Source of the DNA: Candidatus Heimdallarchaeota archaeon
Lineage (GTDB): Archaea; Asgardarchaeota; Heimdallarchaeia; Hodarchaeales; Hodarchaeaceae
DNA: 64,000 bases
Assembly (NCBI GenBank): GCA_011364965.1
Contig: RDOB01000002.1
Coordinates: 288,001-352,000, forward strand
Direction of reading: 5' to 3'
The notes below the pieces were generated by a model. It ran no database searches. It saw only the letters and a program-made list of their open reading frames with translations, and was not told the origin of the DNA. The translations under genes and the position numbers were made by a program. Positions 51,583-62,346 of the stretch are shown piece after piece (position 1 is the stretch's first letter; every line of letters begins with the position of its first letter).

Positions 51583-53643
51583 TCACTCCTGCTTTGAATA
51601 TATTATCTCTGTTTCCAATTGAAAATCTCGCGAAGAGTTTCCGATCATTAAAAAAAACCTTCCTGGTTCAATCACCCAATTGTGCACTTTTGAATCGTAA
51701 AACGCCAAATTTTTGGCTTTAATTGGAATTTCTATAGTTTTTTGCTCTTTTGAATCAATATATACCTTTTGAAACCCAATTAACTCTTTAGGAGGGCGTT
51801 TAATAGAGCATTCTAGATCTTTGGCATAAACTTGGACAACTTCAGCTCCAGCTCTTTCTCCCGCATTGAAAACTTGTATTTTCAATTTTAGTTCATCATC
51901 AATGGATTTCAATATGGTTTTATCTAGAGTAACGTCTTTAAAGACAAACTTGGAATATGTTAAACCAAAACCAAAAGGGAATAAAGGTTCAATGTCAAAT
52001 CCATCGGTATAACGATAACCAATAAATATTCCTTCTTCATAATTAACTTTAAGATTTTCTCCTGGAAAGGTTTTAGGAGATTTATGCGCAGGGGAATCTG
52101 ATAACGATTTTGGAAAAGAAATCGGTAATTTTCCTGATGGATTCACGTCTCCAAATAAAATATTTGCTATTGCTCTTCCTGCATGCATGCCTGAATACCA
52201 TGCTTCAAGTACAACTGGAACATCTTCCAACCAATCATCCATTCCAATTGGACTACCGTTAATCAAGACAACAATCGTTTTGGGATTTTTCTTTGCAGTT
52301 GATTTTATGAGTTGTACTTGTGATTCTGGCAGTTCTAATCGAATTCTATCTGTTCCTTCACTATCGTTTCCAAACGGAATCACATCTTTCCTTTTATTAC
52401 GTCTAATCATACTCTGATTTGTATAATGATCCAAACCAGCAAATACTATAGCTACATCAGCGATGCTAGAGTCATTTAACAACTGAATTTTATCTTTACA
52501 CCTTTCTTTTAATCCCTGAAAAGGAGTGATTTCATAAGGAGGTTTTACAGCACTACTTCCACCTGCTAATAATTTCCCAAATTTTCTATTCAAGTTTGGA
52601 CCCAATACAGCAATTTTCGTAAGGGTAGAGAAGTTTAATGGTAATAAGCTACCAGTATTCTTTAATAAAACAATACCATCTTCTGCCATAGTTTGAGAAA
52701 GTCTTTGATGATCAGCTGTATTTCTTTTACTAGGTAATTGGATTTTCTTATTCTCAAATAATCCAACATAGGTCATAACAGTTAAAAAACGTATAATTAA
52801 TTTATTGATTTGTGAATCAGTTATTTTACCAGCTGAATATAATTGCTTTAAGAATTCTGGTTTATACTTATTTGCACTGGGCATTTCAAGAGACAGACCA
52901 GCCTCAATACAATCCTCTGGAGAGACCGGAGGATCACTACGAGCAAGGGAATACCAATCGGAAACAACAAAACCACTAAAACCCCATTTTGCCCATAAAA
53001 GATCCTCTAGCAGCTCTTTTGATTCAAAAATGTATTTCCCATTAACTTTATTGTATGAAGTCATTATCATCCATGGATTTGCTTCCAAAATTGTTTCCCT
53101 AAATGCACGAAGATAGATTTCATGGAGAGTTCTTTCGTCAATTTCAGCACTTATAGTAAAGCGATTCGTTTCTTGGTTGTTCGCGACATAGTGTTTTATA
53201 CATGCTGCGACTTTCTGACTCTGAACGCCTTTGACATAAGAAACCGCCAACTCCTTTGTTAAGAATGGATCTTCACTGAAATATTCAAAAGTTCTTCCAT
53301 TTAAAGGAGATCGATCAATATTGATACTGGGAGCGAGAATTGCATGTCTCCCAACTGCTCTTGCTTCCTCTCCAGCTGCTTTGCCGTATTCTTTAGCAAG
53401 ATCTGGATTCCATGTGGCAGCAAGACAAATACCACCCGGAAATCTCGTATTTTTTCGAAAAAAGCTTGAGTGCATAGATATACCGAAAGGTCCATCTGTC
53501 ATTCTAAAGCGTTTGATACCCAATCGTTTAATGGGATTTGTGTCAAAAAATCGGCTCCCAGAACATAATTTGATTTTTTCATCTAATGTTAATTGATTGA
53601 GTAAGTCATTAATATGTTTCTGTTGTTCATTTGATAGTTTCAT
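51583..53643 (-). CDS. GH3 beta-glucosidase (BglX-like, Fn3 C-terminus)
   Basis: TDGP, GRTFEYFSEDP, KHYVAN, VVSDW nucleophile, PSGKLP, YEEGIFIGYR. Confidence 0.93.
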   Translation of the reverse strand: MKLSNEQQKHINDLLNQLTLDEKIKLCSGSRFFDTNPIKRLGIKRFRMTDGPFGISMHSSFFRKNTRFPGGICLAATWNPDLAKEYGKAAGEEARAVGRHAILAPSINIDRSPLNGRTFEYFSEDPFLTKELAVSYVKGVQSQKVAACIKHYVANNQETNRFTISAEIDERTLHEIYLRAFRETILEANPWMIMTSYNKVNGKYIFESKELLEDLLWAKWGFSGFVVSDWYSLARSDPPVSPEDCIEAGLSLEMPSANKYKPEFLKQLYSAGKITDSQINKLIIRFLTVMTYVGLFENKKIQLPSKRNTADHQRLSQTMAEDGIVLLKNTGSLLPLNFSTLTKIAVLGPNLNRKFGKLLAGGSSAVKPPYEITPFQGLKERCKDKIQLLNDSSIADVAIVFAGLDHYTNQSMIRRNKRKDVIPFGNDSEGTDRIRLELPESQVQLIKSTAKKNPKTIVVLINGSPIGMDDWLEDVPVVLEAWYSGMHAGRAIANILFGDVNPSGKLPISFPKSLSDSPAHKSPKTFPGENLKVNYEEGIFIGYRYTDGFDIEPLFPFGFGLTYSKFVFKDVTLDKTILKSIDDELKLKIQVFNAGERAGAEVVQVYAKDLECSIKRPPKELIGFQKVYIDSKEQKTIEIPIKAKNLAFYDSKVHNWVIEPGRFFLMIGNSSRDFQLETEIIYSKQE

Positions 53644-53982
53644 TTATTGAACCCGTTGGTTTGCCTAACCTTTAATTAAAAAGAACATAAATCTCCATTA
53701 GAATTATTAAGGACAACGGTAAGGTTTAGCTTTTTATCACTTTTCGTTTTTTAGGCTTGTTTCTTAATAAACAAGATTTTAAATAACTTTGTATTATTTG
53801 TGCAATTATAATTATTTACACAAAGATAAAAATCACAAAAAGGGATTACTCTTGATCAATCAACTAACTTATTTATTTAAAGATATTAAGATAATGAATG
53901 CAAGTAAGATGAAAACAAAGTCTCTGGAGATCTTAATAATTACTTCTAGCTAATTTAAAAATTATTTGCATGGGATTAAAGA

Positions 53983-56727
53983 ATGAAACAATATTGGCAC
54001 GCAAAATCTTTGAATTCGGTTATTGATCTTTTGGAAACAGATGATGAACGTGGTCTTTCCTCCTCTGAGGCTCTAAAACGACTCGAGACGTACGGACCTA
54101 ATGAATTAGAAAAAACTAAGAAGAAACATCCAATTTTTTTATTTTTAGACCAATTTACTGATCCCTTAGTTATCATACTTCTAGTTGCATTGGTAATTAG
54201 TGTGACGATTGGCGTTTTTTCCCCTCATGAGGAAGATAAGCTTGAATATTTCGTTGATGCAGTAGCTATTACAGTTATTGTACTCTTTAATGCCTTATTT
54301 GGTTTCATACAAGAATATAAAGCCGAGAAATCAATCGAAGCATTAAAATCAATGGCTGCTCCATTTACTACAGTTGTAAGAGATGGCAAAAAGGACAGAA
54401 TAGAAGCGAGATTTCTCGTGCCTGGAGATATTATTCAAATAGAAGAAGGTGACAAAGTTCCAGCAGATGCTCGCCTTATCCAAGCCCATTCTCTTAGAGT
54501 AGATGAATCTATGTTAACTGGTGAATCTTTTCCAGTAGCAAAAGAAAGAAATGCTGTATTACCAGAAAATGCATCAATTGCAGACATACGTAATACTATC
54601 TTTAGTGGTACAAATATCACAAGAGGACGAAGCTTAGCTGTGGTTATTCAAACTGGAATGAATACTGAATTTGGAAAAATTGCAAAGGGATTGATGGATG
54701 AAGATACTGAAGAAACTCCGTTGCAAAAACGACTCAAAGTACTGGGAAAATGGATTGGAATTGCAAGTCTTTCTATTTGTGCCATTATTTTCGCAATTGG
54801 GGTTATCTTAAGCCAAAATATAATCGATATGTTTATTGTTGCTGTTGGTTTAGCGGTTGCTGCGGTTCCTGAAGGATTACCAGCCGTTGTTACTCTCGCT
54901 TTAGCCCTTGGTGTTCAAAGAATGAGTCAGAAAAATGCTATTATTCGTCGTTTACCCTCCGTTGAAACCTTGGGATCAACAACTGTAATTTGCTCTGATA
55001 AAACTGGGACATTAACTCGAAATGAAATGACCGGAAGAAAGATACTCACTGTTGATGAAGAATTATCTATAAGCTCAAGCATGAAGATAAACGAGGCAGT
55101 AGAAAAGATTTTAGCAGTTGCTATAGAGTGCAATAATGCTCAACTTAAATCTAATGATTTCAAGAATGAGATAGACATTGGTGATCCAACTGAAATTGCT
55201 TTATTACGTGTAGCTAAGAAACTGGATTTTTCCACGAATTTTGAGCGGCTTTACGAAATTCCTTTTGATAGTAATTCCAAACGTATGAGTGTAGTGGTAA
55301 AAAATCCCTCTAAAAAATATTTTGTGTTCACAAAAGGAGCTCCTGACGTATTGCTTCAGATATGTGAAAACTATTATTCAAAAGGAGAAATTATGCCTTT
55401 AAATGAAAATGTTCGTCAAAATTTGGAAAAATCTGAACAGCTTCTTGCTGAAAGAGGGTATAGGATGTTAGGGATGGCGTTCAAAGAGGCATCTAAAGAA
55501 AAAGTTGAAATTTCTATTTTTTCGGAAGATACTGAACAAATAGAATCTAATTTAACTTATCTTGGAGCTATCGCGATTATGGATCCACCCCGTGAGGGAA
55601 CAAAGGAATCTATTGAGACTTGCAAGGTAGCAGGTATTCGTCCAGTCATGATTACTGGAGATCATATGAAAACTGCCCTTGCAGTGGCAAATGAAATTGG
55701 TTTGGTCGAGGATATTGATACTAAATATTCTATGGAAGGAAGTGACCTTGCTCTATTATCTGATAAAGAACTAAGAGATGCTGTAAAAACAGTGAGAGTT
55801 TTTGCTAGAGTATCTCCTGAACATAAATTAAAGTTAGTATCAGCTTTCAAAGCAAATAATCACATTGTTGCGATGACTGGTGATGGAGTTAATGATGCCC
55901 CCGCTTTAAAGAAAGCAGATATTGGAATATCTATGGGAATTTCAGGTACCGATGTATCAAAGGAAGCTTCTGATATGGTATTAGCTGATGATGATTTTTC
56001 AACAATCGTTGGAGCAATTCTTGAAGGAAGAACAATATATGATAATATGAGAAAATTCATTCTTTACTTATTATCCTGTAATGCAGGGGAAATCGCAGCT
56101 ATGTTTATCGGAATCATGATCACATCCATTTTATTCGGAGCTCCTGTATTACCTTTACTTGCGATACAAATATTATGGGTTAATCTTGCAACTGATGGAC
56201 TTCCTGCTCTCGCCTTGGGTGTAGACCCTCCTGATTCTGATGTAATGATAAGAAAACCACGAGATCCAGATGAATCAATACTTACTAAAAAGGCCTTTTA
56301 CTTTATTCTATATTCTGGAATCTTAATTGGCGTTGGCACGTTATTCATATTCTTTTGGTATCTTACTTTTTCTACTGCCACAACTGAAATCGAAAGGATT
56401 ATGGAAGCTCGAACGGCAGCATTTACATTACTAGTAACCTTCCAGATGATTATGGCATTAAATATTCGTAAAGAGGAGCACTCACTCTTTGGCAAGGAAT
56501 TTATCCGTAATCCATACCTGCTTTTAGCAATTATCAGTTCAATGTTTTTCCATAGCTTAATACTATATTTACCGTTGTTAAATCCGATCTTTGAAACGGT
56601 ACCTTTAAGTCTAACAGATTGGTTATTTGTTCTCATTATTGGGAGTACTCTAATTTTTATAGATGAAAGTCGTACATTTTTATCAAAAAGAGTTCCAGCT
56701 TTGAAAAGTATTGCTGGTTATTGGTAG
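53983..56727 (+). CDS. Ca2+-transporting P-type ATPase (P2A, SERCA-like)
   Basis: TGES, AAVPEGL, CSDKTGT, KGAP, TGDGVND, M5 SCNAGE, M6 NLATDG. Confidence 0.93.
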   Translation: MKQYWHAKSLNSVIDLLETDDERGLSSSEALKRLETYGPNELEKTKKKHPIFLFLDQFTDPLVIILLVALVISVTIGVFSPHEEDKLEYFVDAVAITVIVLFNALFGFIQEYKAEKSIEALKSMAAPFTTVVRDGKKDRIEARFLVPGDIIQIEEGDKVPADARLIQAHSLRVDESMLTGESFPVAKERNAVLPENASIADIRNTIFSGTNITRGRSLAVVIQTGMNTEFGKIAKGLMDEDTEETPLQKRLKVLGKWIGIASLSICAIIFAIGVILSQNIIDMFIVAVGLAVAAVPEGLPAVVTLALALGVQRMSQKNAIIRRLPSVETLGSTTVICSDKTGTLTRNEMTGRKILTVDEELSISSSMKINEAVEKILAVAIECNNAQLKSNDFKNEIDIGDPTEIALLRVAKKLDFSTNFERLYEIPFDSNSKRMSVVVKNPSKKYFVFTKGAPDVLLQICENYYSKGEIMPLNENVRQNLEKSEQLLAERGYRMLGMAFKEASKEKVEISIFSEDTEQIESNLTYLGAIAIMDPPREGTKESIETCKVAGIRPVMITGDHMKTALAVANEIGLVEDIDTKYSMEGSDLALLSDKELRDAVKTVRVFARVSPEHKLKLVSAFKANNHIVAMTGDGVNDAPALKKADIGISMGISGTDVSKEASDMVLADDDFSTIVGAILEGRTIYDNMRKFILYLLSCNAGEIAAMFIGIMITSILFGAPVLPLLAIQILWVNLATDGLPALALGVDPPDSDVMIRKPRDPDESILTKKAFYFILYSGILIGVGTLFIFFWYLTFSTATTEIERIMEARTAAFTLLVTFQMIMALNIRKEEHSLFGKEFIRNPYLLLAIISSMFFHSLILYLPLLNPIFETVPLSLTDWLFVLIIGSTLIFIDESRTFLSKRVPALKSIAGYW

Positions 56728-56881
56728 AGTTTCCAAAAAGAATCCCAGACATGTATAAAAAGAATAATTAATCATAATAGTTCATAGCAATAAGCAAGGT
56801 TTAATAAAAAAGAAGGAACTTCACCTTAAAAAGAAATAATCGTCTTTAAATAATTACCGAGAGTGGAATAGAGGACATATA

Positions 56882-58360
56882 ATGGTATCTATGACTCGGA
56901 TCAAAATTTCAAGGGTTTTTAATGCAGCCACTTTCTTCATTTTCACCTTTATCCAGATGATATTTGTTTCATGGATTTCAATAAGCCAAACTTATAAAGA
57001 ATCAGCCTTTCCACCAATTAAAGTTCTCGGTTTTTATGTTGCATTCAATCCTTTCGCTGATTTACGTTTCACTGCCTTTCTGGTTCTTTTAACGGCTGGA
57101 TTGCAAGTTTTACTACTTGCCTTACTTGTGAATATTGTTTTCTCTAATAAGAATATGGTTCAAATCTACCCTGAACCCCTTTATGGTCCTGCATATGCTC
57201 CTGAGGAAGCGCCGTTAGTCGATAGAACTCTTGGTCTTGTTCAACGCGTTGCGAGCAAAGCTCGTATAAAAGTAACAAAAGTATTCGTTTATCGTAAAGC
57301 AGTTCCAAATGCTTTTAGCTTAGATTTATTACCTATCCCAATTTTTAGAAAACCTTACTTAGTATTAAACACAAATGTATTAGAAATCTTAAATGATAAG
57401 GAAATTGAATCTGTAATTGCACATGAACTTGCTCATGTTAAAAATGGTGATAGTTTTATTCGATTAGTTCTTTCAATACCTAGACTTTTTCTTAATCTTG
57501 CTTATCTTTTTATTTACCTTCAGATTCTTACTGGAATTCTTGATGCTGTCTTTGACTCATTGGATATAGGAGCAGCTGTTGAACGTTTAATCTTCCTAGG
57601 ACTGATATATATCTTTATTGCTTTTATCACAAAATTCACAGTGCATTTTTTGTTTGCAGCTAATCATAAAGCAGAATTTCTTGCTGATTATTTTGCTGCC
57701 ACTCTAGTTGGCTCCGATATCCTCATAAATTCACTGATCCATTTGGGCCAACGCAGTGAAGCGATGCAGGTTCTGAATCGTGAAATAGAATGGCTTCAGG
57801 GCTTATCGGGAGAAAAAAAACTTTCAACTACGTTATTGAGAAATATTTACCAAAAATTTCCTAAAACTCAGCTCGATGAAGATATTGCAAGAGAAACAGC
57901 TCCAAAATTGTTCTTAGAAGAGAAATTGGAGGAATTAGTTTTTTTCTATGGAATTGAATTGGATAGGCAAATTCGAAATCAGCTTATTGAGCGCGCTGTC
58001 CCCTCGCTTTTGGAAAAAAGAGAGCAATATTACGATACGCTCAAAGATGAAGAATCAGACATCAAACCTAGTATATTAAAAGAAAAGACTATCGACTGGC
58101 GAAGATTCGATGCTGATAAGAACCAATACCTAGAAGAGGATGAAATTGAATCTTTGATTTTTACATTACTCGCGCAACCAGATAAAATGGTTTTTGAACA
58201 TGAACTTTTCCAAGGAACAGAAAAAGATCAGGATCACCCAGGTTTCCGTGTACGGATCCTAAAAATTTTCCAAGTATTTCATCCTGATAAATATGAACAA
58301 ATTGAATCTCAAATTCTCCAACAAGCTGAAAAGCAAGTTATATTAGAAAATCCAGTTTAA
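56882..58360 (+). CDS. M48 membrane zinc metalloprotease with inserted domain containing an EF-hand-like loop
   Basis: PNAF, AHELAH, AEFLAD, DHP; insert carries FDADKNQYLEEDE. Confidence 0.82.
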   Translation: MVSMTRIKISRVFNAATFFIFTFIQMIFVSWISISQTYKESAFPPIKVLGFYVAFNPFADLRFTAFLVLLTAGLQVLLLALLVNIVFSNKNMVQIYPEPLYGPAYAPEEAPLVDRTLGLVQRVASKARIKVTKVFVYRKAVPNAFSLDLLPIPIFRKPYLVLNTNVLEILNDKEIESVIAHELAHVKNGDSFIRLVLSIPRLFLNLAYLFIYLQILTGILDAVFDSLDIGAAVERLIFLGLIYIFIAFITKFTVHFLFAANHKAEFLADYFAATLVGSDILINSLIHLGQRSEAMQVLNREIEWLQGLSGEKKLSTTLLRNIYQKFPKTQLDEDIARETAPKLFLEEKLEELVFFYGIELDRQIRNQLIERAVPSLLEKREQYYDTLKDEESDIKPSILKEKTIDWRRFDADKNQYLEEDEIESLIFTLLAQPDKMVFEHELFQGTEKDQDHPGFRVRILKIFQVFHPDKYEQIESQILQQAEKQVILENPV

Positions 58361-59382
58361 TCAAATAGAACTCTTTCTAACATTAAGGGGATATTTCTTT
58401 CATTAGATGGCAGATAGAACAATTTAATATTAGGAAGTTTCCGTAGTTTGCCAAATAAAGGAGTAGTTAATTGCAAAGCTTGCCTTTTAGGAGTAATTAT
58501 AATTCTAACGTCTTGCATTTTGCTTAAAAGTGGAATAAAATCGAATCCTGTTGTAGCTAGCAAATCCGATATTAAAACAAGCGTTTTTTTACGAGAAATG
58601 ACTTTTTTAAACTCTTTATTAGTTGCTTTCAAAGCTGTATAAATATTGGTCTTTCCTCCAGAACGAATATTAATCAGCTTTTGAATGATTTCCTCACTGG
58701 TCATGAAGTGATCTGAATAGCTTTTTAAAATCCTTGGATCTGTATCAAATCCAATTATGGCCATATCACGGATATCCATGATCATGGAAAAAAGAATTGA
58801 GGCCAAGATGATTAATCTTAGATGGGTCAATACCGAATGGCTATGATCAATTAAAAGGATGACACTCTTCTCCTTCCGTTTTCTTTCATAGCATATTACA
58901 TGTTTATACATGAAATATGGGTCACCTGATCCTAGGTAATTCGCTATCGTGTGTTCAAGATGCCAAGACTTGCCTGGAACATAAGGGACCTTTCTGGGGT
59001 ATTTAGATCGGTCAATAGATTTTAATATCCTTTCTGCATGCCGAAATAATTTAGGGATTATAAGAGAGATTAGAACTTGTTTTTCATGTTCGGGAAAAAA
59101 TTCTTTTATCTGAAAAATTAAAGATGTCGATTCAAGTATAAATTCAGCGCTGGAAAAGTCTAATTGAAGAACTTCAGCAACTGCCCGTGGATGTTTTTCC
59201 GCAATTACTTCAATTGCTCTTAAATTTCTACTTGTAATGGCCTTCTTTGTAAATTCTAACGCAGAATTTTCATCTAGTTTTTGTCTTAAATCGAACTCGT
59301 ATATTCGTTCTAGAAGCATGATATCTAGGCCGTTAGAGGATTGTATTGAGATAGATGCGGGACTAATGTCCCGCTTTATCAA
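58357..59382 (-). CDS. VWA-domain protein (CoxE/ViaA-like MoxR partner)
   Basis: MIDAS DHSHS, GGKTN, LISD. Confidence 0.85.
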   Translation of the reverse strand: MIKRDISPASISIQSSNGLDIMLLERIYEFDLRQKLDENSALEFTKKAITSRNLRAIEVIAEKHPRAVAEVLQLDFSSAEFILESTSLIFQIKEFFPEHEKQVLISLIIPKLFRHAERILKSIDRSKYPRKVPYVPGKSWHLEHTIANYLGSGDPYFMYKHVICYERKRKEKSVILLIDHSHSVLTHLRLIILASILFSMIMDIRDMAIIGFDTDPRILKSYSDHFMTSEEIIQKLINIRSGGKTNIYTALKATNKEFKKVISRKKTLVLISDLLATTGFDFIPLLSKMQDVRIIITPKRQALQLTTPLFGKLRKLPNIKLFYLPSNERNIPLMLERVLFD

Positions 59383-60230
59383 TTTTTTGAAATATTTGGG
59401 AAAAAAACTGATTCTGCTATTTCAAAAAGGCATTCTTCAATGGTTTTATCAATATCTGGATGTAATTTTACCTTACCTGAATATACAGAATAAATAGCAG
59501 CAAGAAATGTATCACGAGATTTCGGTAAATCCTTTAAAAGATTAGTCAATTGAATAGCGGCCCTAATACTCGCTCCAGAGTCAAAATTGGTATTTTTTCT
59601 TGTTTTCTCTGTGAATTCAACTACCTTCTGTATCAAAGGAAGATCTTTACATCCAGTCCTTAATTTCACAATATCTTCAGCTTCTCCCCCTGATTTATGA
59701 AATAATCTAATGAGAATACATCGATCAAAAAATGCTTCTGGAAGTGGATTTGTTCCTACATATTCAGAAGGATTTAGGGTAAAGATCGAATAAAAATGGT
59801 CATGAGCTTTAACTTCTCCATATTGCGGGATAAAGATATTCCTTTCGTCCATTGCTGCCAGAACTCCGTTCATACTTTCGCTAGGAGCTCTATTTACCTC
59901 ATTGAAGAAAAATAACCCACCGTTGTTCATTGCGTTTGTTAATGGGCCGTGAATAAAGCTTTTCTCGGTGAAACCAAGTTTCATAACTAATGGCGGATCA
60001 AACCATCCCCGACAATGAGTTATGGTTAGATTTTCATCCCCATCTACCCTATAAAAAGGTCTTTTTAATGCTTTAGCGACTGTTTTAGCTAATTCCGTTT
60101 TCCCCGTTCCTGATTCTCCTTCGATTACGACAGGAATATGGTTATTAATTGCTGCTAGTATTATTTTGATTTCCGAATTGAGGCCTAAGAGATTTTTTGC
60201 ACATTCTTGTATAATTAAATCGAAATTCAT
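59379..60230 (-). CDS. MoxR-family AAA+ ATPase
   Basis: GESGTGKT Walker A, FFNEVNRA Walker B variant, TLNP, LPEAFFDR. Confidence 0.9.
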   Translation of the reverse strand: MNFDLIIQECAKNLLGLNSEIKIILAAINNHIPVVIEGESGTGKTELAKTVAKALKRPFYRVDGDENLTITHCRGWFDPPLVMKLGFTEKSFIHGPLTNAMNNGGLFFFNEVNRAPSESMNGVLAAMDERNIFIPQYGEVKAHDHFYSIFTLNPSEYVGTNPLPEAFFDRCILIRLFHKSGGEAEDIVKLRTGCKDLPLIQKVVEFTEKTRKNTNFDSGASIRAAIQLTNLLKDLPKSRDTFLAAIYSVYSGKVKLHPDIDKTIEECLFEIAESVFFPNISKN

Positions 60231-60275
60231 ATTCTTTAACCTTAAAAATCGGTATAAGAAGATTCTTAGAGTGTT

Positions 60276-62216
60276 TCAAATCTCAATTAGAACTTTTGTT
60301 AAAGTAACTTTTCCAGTATCTTCATCAAAAGTTAACCAACCTTCTTCCTCTAATTCTTTAACTAATCGTGCTGCAAATACAAGTTGAATAGCAACTGACT
60401 TTGCTAATTCAGTTATAGAAGCTTGTTGAACTTCTTGTAATACAAATAAAAGGGCATATTTTGGATTTTTTGCTAGATTAATTTTGAGAGTTTCGACAGC
60501 TGATTGAAGATTTTCCGATTTTGATTCCAATCGCATTTTTTCTTTTTCTAGGAGATTCATTACATTATTCTTATCATTCAATGCTGTTTCGACTTCTTTC
60601 AGTCTTTTTTCTAGTCTTTTATTCTCAGCATTTGAATTATCAAGATGAGACTGAAGACTTTGAATCTGTGTTGCGAAATCGTCACGTTCTCGTTCTATTT
60701 GAGACTGGAATGCTATTGATTCAGTTGCTTCCTTTGCAATTTCAGTTTGTCTTTGTCTAAATAGCTCTAAATCTTTACGAGATTCTTCTAGTTCTCTATT
60801 CTTTAATTGTAATTGGTTCTCAAAATCCGTGATTATTGATTTCTGCTTTTCGAAAGAAATATTCAAATTGGCTAATTCATCTCTCAGTTGATTTCTATCC
60901 TCTTCCAAGGAGGTAATCCTCTCATCTTTCCCCATCAGGGATTTTGTTTTATCCTCCAATTGCATTTGAATAGAACGTTTTTCTCTTTTAAGATTCTCGG
61001 AAATTTCCTCGTGTTCTTTTTGCTGGAGGCTGAGTTTTTCAATTTCTGCTGATAAATCGGAATTTTGTTGTTTAATTCTTGATAATTCTCGTTTAAAGTC
61101 CTCTATTTCCTTCTGTATAGCTAATTTTTCTTCTTTCAGAGATGCAACATATTCTGTGAGATCTTGGGAACCTTTTTCTCTAGCCTCTACTTTCAAAGAT
61201 AGTTCTCGAACTTCATCCTCCTTTCTTTCCAAGACCTTTTTGGTATCATCTAATTCTTCCCTAAGTGTGACTGCTTGCTGACTAGTTTCTGCAGAATCCA
61301 ATAATAAATCCTCATTTTCCTCCTCGAGTTGTTTTATACGTTCAGATAATTCATCATTAACATTTATTAAATTACTCATATCAGTATTAAGCTGTTTAAG
61401 TTGACTTTTAAGAGAATTAAGGTCTTCTTTGAACTTTTCTTTTTGAATATTGATTACCTGAAGATTTTCCTCTCTAATTGATTCTATCTCAAGGCGCAGC
61501 TTTTCATTAGCTTCTTTCAGTTTAATATTGTCTTCTGCACTACTTGTGAGAACTTGAACTTCCGCTTTCAAGTTTTCTATTTCCATATCGCGATCTCCCA
61601 AAACACTTTGCAATTCCTCAACCTCAAGACGAGTTGACACAAGTGCATTTCCCACAGTTTCAAATTCAGCGTCCATTTTTTCTCTATCATGTCGGGCTTG
61701 CTTCGCTTCTCGTAATGCTTGATCTAATTCTTCCTGAAGCCTATTAATATTTTCAAGTTGATCTTCTACTTTATCAGAGCTAATACCAGACTGATTTTGC
61801 AATTTTGCAATTATTCCTTCTTTTTCTTGTAATTGAATCTGAAGATCATCTAGTTGAAGTTGAATTGGTTCAATCTCCGCTGCTCTTCTTCTCCATTCGT
61901 CTATTTCATTTTTTAATTGATCGAGCTCGTCGTGAGTAACGACTATTGCTCCGCTGGAGTCGAGTTCTTCTATATTATCAACACCTTTTAACCCGATTTT
62001 GGAAAATTCCGTGTGAGCTTCCTTATTGAACGATTGCATTTTCCTTTTAAATGTTTCAATCAAAGCCTCAATTTCTGTAAGGGAATAATGCATTTTAGGG
62101 TTTCTTTGTAGATTCTGGACTATTGATTTCGCTTCAGAAGAAATCTCACGCTCTAATCGACGTTCTTGCTCTGCAATATTTTGAATAAATACTAATTTTG
62201 GGTTTTTTCTAGACAA
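60276..62216 (-). CDS. Long coiled-coil protein with C-terminal winged helix
   Basis: About 480 aa of heptads; C-terminal SITELAKSV...LVKELEEEGWLTFD. Confidence 0.75.
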   Translation of the reverse strand: MSRKNPKLVFIQNIAEQERRLEREISSEAKSIVQNLQRNPKMHYSLTEIEALIETFKRKMQSFNKEAHTEFSKIGLKGVDNIEELDSSGAIVVTHDELDQLKNEIDEWRRRAAEIEPIQLQLDDLQIQLQEKEGIIAKLQNQSGISSDKVEDQLENINRLQEELDQALREAKQARHDREKMDAEFETVGNALVSTRLEVEELQSVLGDRDMEIENLKAEVQVLTSSAEDNIKLKEANEKLRLEIESIREENLQVINIQKEKFKEDLNSLKSQLKQLNTDMSNLINVNDELSERIKQLEEENEDLLLDSAETSQQAVTLREELDDTKKVLERKEDEVRELSLKVEAREKGSQDLTEYVASLKEEKLAIQKEIEDFKRELSRIKQQNSDLSAEIEKLSLQQKEHEEISENLKREKRSIQMQLEDKTKSLMGKDERITSLEEDRNQLRDELANLNISFEKQKSIITDFENQLQLKNRELEESRKDLELFRQRQTEIAKEATESIAFQSQIERERDDFATQIQSLQSHLDNSNAENKRLEKRLKEVETALNDKNNVMNLLEKEKMRLESKSENLQSAVETLKINLAKNPKYALLFVLQEVQQASITELAKSVAIQLVFAARLVKELEEEGWLTFDEDTGKVTLTKVLIEI

Positions 62217-62346
62217 GATTGATTTTCGCCCCTAGATTACTTATTCGCCTCGGTTGGATAAAAACTTCTTTCACTCTCTACTTTGGAGTATTCAGAATTT
62301 TGCTAATTGTTGAGACATTCTAGTTTGGATCAAGTTATATTTTTTG

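Noticed and set aside
60276-62216. SMC/Rad50 call for the coiled-coil protein
   Set aside because: No Walker A/B, signature motif, hinge or zinc hook
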